Source: Phoronis australis
Taxonomy: Eukaryota > Animalia > Phoronida
NCBI GenBank assembly: GCA_002633005.1
Contig: NMRA01000187.1
Coordinates: forward strand, 154,191-218,190
DNA length: 64,000 nt
Direction: 5' to 3'
The first letter of the stretch is position 1; every line of letters begins with the position of its first letter. A model generated the notes under the pieces. The model did not search any database. It was not told the origin of the DNA and saw nothing but the letters and a program-made list of their open reading frames with translations. This document shows positions 39,069 to 51,000 of this stretch, piece by piece. The position numbers and the translations under genes were made by a program.

Positions 39069-42000
39069 CTGCAACAATGAACATTGATCTGTAAATATTA
39101 CAAAGTGAACATTTCAAAGTAAACATTACAAACTAAACAATATAAACTGAATAATAGAAACGAAACATTACAAAGTAAATACTACAAACTAAATATTTCA
39201 AAGTAAACATTACCAAGTAAGAACTCGTGCTTGGGTCCAATCAACCATTTTTGAGGATATCTAAACATGATTTTGTTGTACACCTTTAAGTCCAATCAAC
39301 GGTGTCTGAGGATATCTAAACAGGATTTTGTTGTACACCTTTAAGTCCAATCAACGGTGTCTGAGGATATCTAAACAGGATTTTGTCTAAAAGAAACAGG
39401 CAACAACGTCAAATGTTCCCAGGAAAATCATTTTCTATCGTTCTTGCTGAATGTTGACATCCCTGAGGATTTCAGTGTTATTTTTAGGACCACGCAGCTG
39501 CCGGTCGAGTGCCACATTACCTATCCACTGTTTTTTTCTTAGTCGCCCCCTTCCTCTCCGCCGTCCCACAAACAACGTCAAGCCATCTTTGTGCAAACGT
39601 TTTCTCTACTGGGAATAAAATACATTATCGTGTAGAGAGCAGCGTTTACATTTTCATGAAAATCAACATTTTGGCTCCGTTCTTCATGTTCAGTTTCCCT
39701 ACTATTTCTTGCGATTACAATGTAAGAGCACGAACAAACCAAATTATGACCGTCTATAGAAACTCTTTTACTTTCGAATGTTGTTTAACATGGCTTCTCA
39801 TTGGTTAAAATAACGAAACCGACGTCATGATATTAAGTCATTTCCATTGGTTGAAATCAGGGAAGCGCTTCAGTTTATACAGTTAGTTAGTGTGGCTACC
39901 ACCTTTGACTTGAATAGTTGCAATTTATTAAAACGGGTAGTGATTGAAGTTAACAAAACCAAGGGAACCCCGATCCAGTGGCTTAAGCCCAAACAAGTAC
40001 AATACATAAAGGCGTGTGCAAGCGGTGGCGATATGATCGGTATACTACCGAACAAGGCAGGCGCACTGATGCCCACACACGGAATTATGTTTCAACAGGG
40101 TCACGTTTCAATATAGGTGGCGCTTTGTTAGAGGGTAAAACTGTTCCACACTTGAAAGGTGAATGTGATTAAATTGTAGAGATCGTGTTATGGATTCAGG
40201 TATATTGAATGTGGGGTAATTTTTCTTCTTGTAAATTGTTTACAGGTAAACATGATTTCTACTTGAACCAGTTCACCTGATAGTCTTTTTGACCAGCTGA
40301 AGACATATTTGACAGTGGTGGCTCATCGCATTTTGATGTCATGTGCAAGTCACATCTTGTTTAATTTGTTAATCAAGAACATTAACATCAAGCATAGCCT
40401 AGGCCCTGGTAGTGAGACAGGGACTCCCGGGACTAACAGTAGAGTTGTCATTGATCTGCAAGAATGATTGATGATATTAAAACTATTTTATTAAAATAAA
40501 AAAACAAGACTGGTAATTGATTCAGTTATTTTTTTACCATCAATTCTGCTTTATTGGTTTTATTAATTCTTACATCTATTTCACTTGTGTTTAAGGTTCT
40601 AAATATGAATTTAGTCCAAGCTGAATTTTAAAATTAAGACACACATTTCGTTGGTCCAAAGAAAACCTGAAAAGAACTCATCTCGTTCTGGAGCTTTAAC
40701 TGGGCAGAGCAAGCATAGTTTTAATGTTTCTGACTTTTTTGGAAAGTAATGTATCATGTTTCAACCTGTAGTCATGGAATCACAGCCTGGGTGGCCGAAC
40801 ATTCACCCGTCGTTGCTATGACGCTCGGCAATCGGAGATTCAACAAAATGTGATCAAAACTTTCAAAATCATTTCTCAATCTTACCCGGAAATGTTTTCC
40901 TTTGTCGCAGCGTATGGCAACGACCCCACGGTTCCTAATCTCAACGTCTTTAGGGATTGTAAAAAAGACAAGCTGATTGCTCGTATTTTTTCTATCGCCG
41001 TTTGAGCACCGCGGAGCACAACAATGCCGACTAGCCGTTTAAAAGAACTATCGTAGTGAGTCTCGTTTTGGAGAGCGTTTTTTGTCTGTGTGAAGTAGTC
41101 GCATAGTTTACTTGATACGCAAAAGCTAGTTAAAAATGTGACACCGATGTTGTTCTGTTGGTAGCACTGATACATTAAGTGATGCCAGTAAGCACAGCGG
41201 AGAACAATGTACCTGTGTCGTCAGTGTCACTTGAATGGTTTACGTCTTCGTCGTCGCCTTCTCCTACAACGCACAAGTTAGACATAGTCTCCATTTCGTG
41301 ACTTTTGTTCTCATCAGTGACGTCATCGTTTCTCGTCCAAAAGGTGGTGTTCTTCAGCTAGAAGGACAAAAGGGCAAAGTGAGGTTCATGTGTATCCGTG
41401 ACATTTCGTCCACGCGCATCATGTGTGCACAGACGGAATGTTTAATGCACTTCCATTCCATACTTGTAATGAAGAGTCTCCGAAAACACCACTTCAATAA
41501 CACAACTCCAATAACATCACACAGACAACATTAAAGACCCACATCAAGCCTATTTGTCCGAGTTATACATTCTTTAAACTACTGCCATGCATTCATCAAC
41601 GTAACAGCACTTCTTTCCAGACCTCAGAAGTGTAAAGGTCAAAATAATTGTCATATTTTGGTTGCCCGTAGCAACAACAGGACTGAGAGAAAAATCATGA
41701 ACTGCAAAATTAAACGTACTTCATAATGAAAAGAAAAGATGAAATAATACATGCAGGCTACCGTTTTCGCCGTCAAATTGCAGACGTTTTTAGATATATA
41801 CAGCAGAACAGCGCTTACTTACGAAGGTGGCGTCTGGAGGTTTTGTCAGCAAACTGATTACAATGATGGTGGAAGCTGTGATTAAGATGTTGATCTGACT
41901 AAAGTGCGAATAGTGAAGAGTGTACAAGATGGCTGGTCGAGTCTCTGGTTGATCACAAGATGGCTCTGGGTAGACAAAGTCCAGTATCATCCGGGTAATT

Positions 42001-45000
42001 CCAACAACGTGAGCTATCAGAAGTCCGAAAAACGCACCCTGGAGAAACCATAAGACATGAAACGTGTGCTCTAGCTCAACATGTAGGCTACGTCACATAC
42101 GCCAAAAACATCAAAAGTTCTCCACGTGTGTAGGCTACGTCGCATACATGCATGGGCGGCGCACCATGGGGGCTGGGGGCTATAGCCCCCACACTTATTT
42201 CAGTGGTGCGCCGCCCATGGATAAGGGGCTGAAGGGCTATAGCCCCCACTTATTTAAGTGCTACGATGCCCATGACACGTATAGTTCCCAGGGTCATAAG
42301 ACCAGACCAAAGTTGGCAAAGCCTTATTTGTAATGCAAGTAAACACGTTCTCTTAAAATTCATCCCAAAAGGGGAGCAGGCACTCTAAACTGCAGTTTCC
42401 GGTCTGTAACGCCCACATCAAATGCATTGACATGGTAAGTATGCAGAAAAAGGGCCAGGTATGCGTTTTCCTGGCTTTTAATAGAGGACTGCAAACACAC
42501 ATATTAAATATATTTGAAATTCTTTTATGGATTTCAGGTAGGTAAATATTTAATATGTATGTTATTAGTGGACCTGTGTCAGAATGGTGCAGGAATAAAT
42601 CTATTTCATTCATAGCAGCTCTACTGTAGTTATGTTTAAGTTTAACAAACCTACACGTTATATTACCACCCCGACTAACTCGCGATCGAGAACGCCCAGA
42701 AGGCGATCGAGAATGAGACCTTGCACCAAAAAATGGCAGATGACAGTGACGTACCTGGTGAGTTTAAGTGCCATAGTTTCTTCTTAAATGGAGGATACTT
42801 TGGTACGAATGCTACACACAGAAAAGCGTCATAGTGTAACCTTTGTTGTGGATCAGAAATAATATTTGGCTTTTGCTTATTTTTAAAACAAAGAGCAATG
42901 GGTTTCTGTAAAATGCCTTGTGCCTCGTAAAATCGACAATTTCTACTTGTTATTAGAAATTCCAGGGTTCTTTAAGTAGAAAGTTGTGACGTTTATAGTT
43001 TAATCGTCCCTGGTGACACCTTTGTTAGTTATAATTTGCGACACAATTCGAGATATTTACCAATACACGCAGGTCCTCGTGTGAGACGGCAATCGGGAAC
43101 GAAGTTGTTAATTCTCTATGGCGAAGGTGAACGCAAGAGGACATTAAAACAGTTTTACATTTCTATTATCCACAAACCCTTTTAATTCTCTCCGCAGCCA
43201 ACTGGTTAATGTCAAGGACAAGACCCCCAAGGGTAATAAATCTTGTGTTGTCTATGGTGTCCAGTGTAAGGATGTCCAGTGCTCAGACAGTTACATTGGT
43301 GAAACGAAACGGCCAATTAAAATGCGTTTGTCACAACATCGTCGTCCTAGTTTCGGGGACACTTATGATTCAGCTATTTTTATCCACATGTACGCTACTG
43401 GACATGATTTCAATACGGATGATGTTACTATCATAGACTGTGAGGATTACTGGTTCAAAAGGGGTGTAAAAGAAGCTCTCCATTAGCGCATTGAGAGTCC
43501 CTCTTTAAATAAAAGAGCCGGTTTACGATTCGATTTGTCACACGTACATGTATGGGATGGTGTGCTGACGTCAATGCTGCGCCGTTTACCCAAAACGCCA
43601 CCAATTGGCCAGAATAACGATAACGTCACAAGCCAAGCTGAAGTCCGTGAGATCACATCAGCCACGACTTCCAACCATTGTGGTTACACAGCTGTCTCTG
43701 GTATATGAGTACACTGTCACATTGTGGTTACACAGCTGTCTCTGGTATATGAGTACACTGGCACATTGTGGTTACACAGCTGTCACTGGTATATGAGTAC
43801 ACTGTCACATTGTGGTTACACAGCTGTCACTGGTATATGAGTACACTGTCACATTGTGGTTACACAGCTGTCTCTGGTATATGAGTACACTGTCACATTG
43901 TGGTTACACAGCTGTCTCTGGTATATGAGTACACTGTCACATTGTGGTTACACAGCTGTCACTGGTATATGAGTACACTGTCACATTGTGGTTACACAGC
44001 TGTCACTGGTATATGAGTACACTGTCACATTGTGGTTACACAGCTGTCNNNNNNNNNNNNNNNNNNNNNNNNNNNNNNNNNNNNNNNNNNNNNNNNNNNN
44101 NNNNNNNNNNNNNNNNNNNNNNNNNNNNNNNNNNNNNNNNNNNNNNNNNNNNNNNNNNNNNNNNNNNNNNNNNNNNNNNNNNNNNNNNNNNNNNNNNNNN
44201 NNNNNNNNNNNNNNNNNNNNNNNNNNNNNNNNNNNNNNNNNNNNNNNNNNNNNNNNNNNNNNNNNNNNNNNNNNNNNNNNNNNNNNNNNNNNNNNNNNNN
44301 NNNNNNNNNNNNNNNNNNNNNNNNNNNNNNNNNNNNNNNNNNNNNNNNNNNNNNNNNNNNNNNNNNNNNNNNNNNNNNNNNNNNNNNNNNNNNNNNNNNN
44401 NNNNNNNNNNNNNNNNNNNNNNNNNNNNNNNNNNNNNNNNNNNNNNNNNNNNNNNNNNNNNNNNNNNNNNNNNNNNNNNNNNNNNNNNNNNNNNNNNNNN
44501 NNNNNNNNNNNNNNNNNNNNNNNNNNNNNNNNNNNNNNNNNNNNNNNNNNNNNNNNNNNNNNNNNNNNNNNNNNNNNNNNNNNNNNNNNNNNNNNNNNNN
44601 NNNNNNNNNNNNNNNNNNNNNNNNNNNNNNNNNNNNNNNNNNNNNNNNNNNNNNNNNNNNNNNNNNNNNNNNNNNNNNTGTCACGTTTTTCCCCGTGTGT
44701 GGGTGGGCGCAGGTTGTTACAGACCGGTGCTAATAGCTTTCGGTGCGATGATTGACTGAAGACTGGTTCGAGTTAATCCTTTATTAATCCCGACCGTACG
44801 TTCACAAGCCTACTCAAACAAAACGTCCGACGTAATGTCTGTTTATGCTCCAGCCAGTGCTGCGAAGTCTTGACTTGTATTGAACTTCTGAGGTACTTCC
44901 AGCAACTGTTACACTCGATTCAATAACCTGCTGTCTCTATAGCTGGCTCTCTATTGACTATCGCTATAACTGTTGATTCTCTTCACTGCAACTCAACTGT

Positions 45001-48000
45001 AGTTCTCCTGATTAACTTTCTTGAACTGACTTGATCTCCCTACTTGATCTTCTTGGAGTCAACTGACTAACACAAACCCGTGCTTGTGTATTTATAGCCT
45101 AATGCATTGTTCTAGAACTTTTCATCAATTCAAGCACATACCAGAACTTTCCTGAATCTACCCAACCATTCTACAAACATGTAATAGTCTCTAGAATATT
45201 CCAGACTGCATTAATCACTGTCATGCTAGAGTCTTCTAGAAAGTTCCCCACTATACTGTAGTAAACAAATTACATCATCACTGTTCTGACCTCAGTCTTC
45301 TAGAAAATTCCACACTATTTTGTAGTAAACAAATTACATCATCACTGTACTTAACTCAGGGGTCATGCCAATCAAACAGAATAACAAAACAAAACAATGC
45401 AACTAAAAATACTGTCAGACTGTATTCTGACAAAGAGTCCAAACACAACGTACATTCAAGTCACGTGGGTGCCATAAGTCAATCTGTTCATACCTGTATC
45501 GACATTATCAGTAAAACATCAAGTAAAATTCCACACGTTTTATCAGCACACCAGTTTACACAACTTCTGGCCAACTTTTAGATCCCAGACGTGTATGAAT
45601 GAGAATCTTTGAATCATCTGGTGAAGTGTTGCCGCACTCCCCCCTCTCCCCATGGGCAAGCTCATCATCATTCTTTGACTTCACTGGCTATTTGTTGTTT
45701 TCCTTTTGCTGTCACAATTTTACAAGAAGATTCTACACTCGCATTTATATGCTGCAACAATTTGTTTACCCCTGCCTACACGCAACATGGAACAACTCCT
45801 GGGTGAGTCTTCAGTTTAGAAACCCTTGTTCTCAGGGTTTTCGTCTAAAAGTAGATGCCTGTACTTTTCAAGCTGGTAGGGTGTACCTTCACGTCGTGGG
45901 TAACATGTTCGTTGAAACTCGCCTCACAATAACAGTGAACTTGTTTCCTGACATTAAAATATATTCATTTGTGAAAATAATAACTAAAATAATATGCAGT
46001 GCTATGCTAGTCCTTAGTTTTGATACGAAATTAATACAGTAATGACGTAATGACGTAATGACGCAAAATGTGATTAATTAATTGCAGCACACTTGTTTGG
46101 TAACTTTTTCACGTTTTTTAAGTAAAAAGTTAATCATTGTTCGACACACCACGACGCGTTTCCAATCGCATAAACTAACACAAATTAGCGTTCCCGATTG
46201 CTTATCTTTGCGTTCTCGATTCCATCTTTCAACAGAAAAGTGTCGAAAAATCAGAGATACTGACAAAACTACAAAAAACAAGCGTTGCGTTATATTTTCA
46301 CATATCATTTCTACATAACTTCATGATCGATGTATTGATTTAGTGCCAATATAACTGCAATTTTCCGAAATGACATACAAAACACCTTCGGCTCATACGA
46401 TGCCTCGGTCAAGGTAACTCTTCTCCAATAATTGGAAGAGACACTAGCCTAAACCTCTGCCTGCCCTTCCTCAAGTCTGTTTTCATAAGGGAAGTAAAAA
46501 CAACGAAAATTCATCAAATCTACTCACCTTGCCTGGCTTCGCTTCTCGCGCCAAATTTCGTTCTCGATCCCCTTCCGGGCGTTCTCGATTGCGCGTTGGC
46601 CGGGCTGATTACCGGCACAACTCATAAAATACTGGAACAAATGTGCTCTTCTTTTGTTCTGCGCACATTTATGTAATAAGCTGCAGACAGACTCAAGAAA
46701 AATTTGTGTTTTTCACAAACATTCTCTTCTGATATTTAAGTAACATTGCACATCATGACGTCGCAAATTTTGTAACTTTTCACAATAAATTTAAAGGAGA
46801 ATGCCATCCAAAAAACAAACTATTTTGTATCTATTTAGATCGAGTAGTTCTACTAGATAACAGCACGTTGGTTGCATTACCTGACACCTGACGGCAGACG
46901 GTGTTGAAATTATCTAATGACGTCATTGGTTTCACACGCAGTCTTTTCAGCAGTTCATAACACGGGTTACTGTGCTAGCGTATCGCTATAATTTCATCGT
47001 TTAACACCAATAAATCATCAAAATTCAATGTAAAACCCTTAAAAATACACCGAGATCTTATAAAAACGTGTTGTTTTATTTCGCTGTTACGGATTTAATG
47101 GTATTTGGACACACCGTAGCCTACAAAGTTCGGCAGGCCAATTTACCAAGGTCCGTAGCACGACTTTGGGGTCTGTTCGGAAACTTGAGGTATTTTTCCG
47201 TGAAATACAGACAAGAGAACCTAGATCTGTGTTGTTTAGACTTGTGATTTTTTTAGTTCTAAACACACAAAACGCTTGTTATCCTGGCCAGTGGCTCGGA
47301 ACCCGATCAGGCCCGTCGCGTCCGCCTAGACTGGCACGAACATAAACCAGCTTGAGTTGGAAAATAAACCTCCAGTCACGAAAATACTATAATAGTAAGC
47401 CAAAGAAATAATGTGCCCGTAATTATTTATTTGAACTAGCCACGAAAATCGACTTACTTGTCGGGAGCCGCGAGGTCGGATTCCCATTCCACAGACCCTC
47501 AGGGCAATGGTTGTTCAGTAGCATTTATTTGAATAATGTATTTGTCTTTCTAAATAAAGATTGCCTAACATGTGATCATAGCATATAAAATCGATTAATT
47601 GTTTCACAACAGCTTACTGTTAGCAAGCACTTAATTAGCATGCGCTCACACGGCCTCTGTCAATTACCTTTATTGCCGGCATCAAAGCCGGTAACGCAGT
47701 GGTGTATTCATTGCTAGCTTCTCAACATTTGCACTCACGAACACTCCAAGGCATTACAAGTTGTATCTACACTCCAAGGCATTACAAGTTGTATCTAATG
47801 AGATAGACTTTGTTTCAGTTTTATATAAGCATTGGTTACGATGAGAATAATTCATTTTCAAACACAACGCAGAATAATAAACGTCTACATGGCAACTCGC
47901 CAATCCGGACTTAGTCAAGAGCTCATATCCGACTAAGACTTCACGGGTCAGATCGTTAGCTTTCACAGGCTATCAATTCGAACCAGAATACACTGATCAA

Positions 48001-51000
48001 GAAATACTAGAGAGGGTACGTGAACATGCACAGGCTACGGAACGTATGGATAGTTCTTTGGTAAGCCGAATTCGTCAGAAAAATCACTGTCGACGAAATC
48101 CGGCCACAGACACGGAGATGTTTCACGACCTCATACTTGCTATTAACAGCGTACCTTGCATTCTTCACTACCGCGAGCCACTTCCTAAGCATTTCGGGCT
48201 GTTGAGGAATTCGAGAAAAAGATATACCCGCTTTCTTCGCAGCTTCATAGTTCGGACAAGCGGGAACGATGCACCGCAATATAGCGGCATTCACTCTGCG
48301 GACGAACCACTGACGTCTCAGCGTCGTTCCTCACTTTCCTCACAGGTTAACGCAACACCTCTTGGCAAGGTGAAGTCGACCGTATAAGAGGCGATGTGGA
48401 TATAGACCGATTAAGACGGTAAGAAGACTAATTAAATCGGGTGGCATTCTCCTTTAATGTTTTAACGAGAGTAATTAATATTTTAAAATCAGATAACTAG
48501 CACAAATGGCAGAAAAGTAGAGGAATACAAGTTGTTTCCATAACAACTAAACCCGTTACGGTACCTTTTCGTTGGCTCTTTTCCACGTGATTGCAACTAA
48601 AAATAATATACCAATAGGAGTGCCAAGATATCCTTGCACGGCTTGTATATAGTTGAACAGCTGTCCGCCCTGTGATGACGTCACCATGGGGATCCACAGG
48701 ATACTGAGGCCGCAGAGGACGACAATGAAGACTCTGAAAGATAATGAAAAGATTGCGGTACCACCTTTGCCGAGAGGTCCAAGTATATATTCGACGATTG
48801 TTTGTTCTTGTAAACTGCTGTCCTTAACAAACCATAACCTACCCTCACATCCACACAATGAATATTTTGTCCAAAGGTATCATTTACAAAGACCATTGCA
48901 TTCGCAGAAGATAAGAGTACACATCTGTGGAATTAAGTTGACATTTTGTCGACAGAAATTGGCTCATTTACAAGACTGAGTGTACCCGAGTGCAGAAATG
49001 TACAATATTTGGCACTCACACTTAAAACAACAGTATTGCTTAACACTGGGCATTGTGTACCTCCCAACGATTAAGAGTTCTCTCTCAGACGCCTTCTGGC
49101 GGAACCTGTGCCACATATCCATGGTGAACACTGCGCTTGCGCTGTTAAAGATGGAAGTCAATGAGCTCATTATGGCGGACATCATGACCGCCATCAACAA
49201 ACCCCTCAAACCTAAAGAACAACAGACGAGCCATTTTAACTGAAAACAGAATTCATGTCGACGAAATTTATTGGAAATTGACTGCTATTAAGATAGATAA
49301 CTTCAATAAAGCAAACTCGTCTTTATGACAGCAATCAGTCTCTTAGGTCAACACAGATATCTAATTTTGTCAGATTGACGAGCATTTGTACTTACCAAAT
49401 GGCAGTAAACGTAGAACTAGTAAAGGGTAGGCGATATTGGAACATCCCACCGGATTTCCACAAATCTTTGAGCATTCCTCCTGATTGACACATCCGACCT
49501 CATCTGTAACAACGCCATAAACGTATCAGCAACGTCGACCTTGAAGAGGCCTGGAACGCGCAATATTGAAAGTGGTTCTCTGCCATTGAAATAGAATTCA
49601 ACCTGCTCACCGGGTATTTTTAGGGTTTGTTTGTAAAATTTTTAATTTCCGTTGATATCAAAGCATTTTCTTTAGTTTCAAATTTCAAAAAACATATGTC
49701 AACTGCTCCACCTTCGTCGATTTTTCTCCCACAAGGTAAAGCACGTCTCCTTATTTGGTATGGCACATGGAAATGTGACCTTTGACCTCAAGCGACTTCA
49801 AACGACTGACTGTGGGCGCATTCATCATAAGTGGGAGGGAGATTAAAAACTCTGTGGCAACCACAGAGTTTTTTTTCGCTCGTATTTTACAAAATTGTGA
49901 ACTTTGCGATATTTTCTGGAAATTTCCTCACTGGAGAAAGTGAATTACTCTGCACTAGACGTTGCAAGATGGTACATGTAGTTTCGTCAGGAATTGTTTC
50001 AAAACTACTGTTGACAAGCTTTCGCGTTCCATGCCTCTTTAAACCACAAAAGTATGCGATTTTTGGCATTTCGAAGAACTAGTAGTTTGTATATGTCCGA
50101 GACCATGCGCCTTGACAAAATCGGTCCCGGGCAATAGGCAGAGCAACGTTCAGATGTTTCACAAACCCAAACTTCTCTTCAAAGCTTAGTAAGGAACAAG
50201 TTGAAGGACCGTTCCAAACACTTACATGTAAGTGGCGTGGAAGTCACATTTTCCCACAATGGGCTCGTATCAGTTTTACGTGTACGTAGTAAATTATAAC
50301 TTGCGTGGCACTGACACACAGTGAAACGGATTAGGTTCCCAAGCTATAAAGTTTCTACAATTCAAAACATTGCCTGCTCCCCCCCCCCCCCTCCTCGCAG
50401 TCAAGACAACTTTTGAAAGGTTTGTGGCCACGAGAAAGCAACCATTTCCACGCCCCTTACCACCAGCTGTCTCCACTCCCTCTGCCTCCGTGGCCACGAC
50501 TGTTGAAGACCCTTTGACCACGTTACGGGGCCAGCTGTTTCGTGCGAGGCGCTAAGCTGGAGCTTTTTGGTACACTGCATTATGCACCGATTGACTTAAC
50601 TTTAGAATAGATCTGGAGTGACGATGGGGGCTTAATTCTTTGCGCTGTGCCTCAGCCTGAAACTTATTGAAACTGGTTTGATGATTCAACTAATCCCCCT
50701 TCTTTCATCTTCAAATGCATCATTGGCGTTAATTGCCAAAGTTAAAGAAGGAATTTCCGAAAAATCATACCCCTACATGCATCTCACAAATTGGACGTTA
50801 TGGTCTTTGCTGTGTGCTCTGATGCCACAGTTGCCGTAGTTCGCGAGAAGCGTTGATCACGCTTGCCATTTAGCTGTCTTTGAAATGAGTTTTCAGATAT
50901 ACCTTCAAACTTTTGAGGGTTGACGAGGGTTACAGAGCAATATCTTATTCCAAAGAACTGGATGAAAAAGTCGTTTTTAGAATCTTTAGACAGGTTAAAA

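Larger units (their letters stand above)
42667..46607. mobile_element. Decayed TIR DNA transposon with 5-bp TSD and two convergent gene remnants (candidate RAG-like/Transib-related), carrying nested insertions
   Basis: TSD ATTAC at 42662-42666 and 46608-46612. Left end CACCCCGACTAACTCGCGATCGAGAACGCCCAGAAGGCGATCGAGAATGA; right end (rc) CAGCCCGGCCAACGCGCAATCGAGAACGCCCGGAAGGGGATCGAGAACGA. Inward-pointing gtgagt donors lie near both ends. Confidence refers to the element; the family assignment is less certain. Confidence 0.75.

Noticed and set aside
43944-44759. ORFs over 200 aa here, and the shorter X-rich ORFs at 20255-20674
   Set aside because: Artefacts of reading through N gaps.
45599-46042. 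147-aa plus-strand ORF
   Set aside because: No motif. It is antisense to the decayed minus-strand exon of the TIR element and likely spurious.
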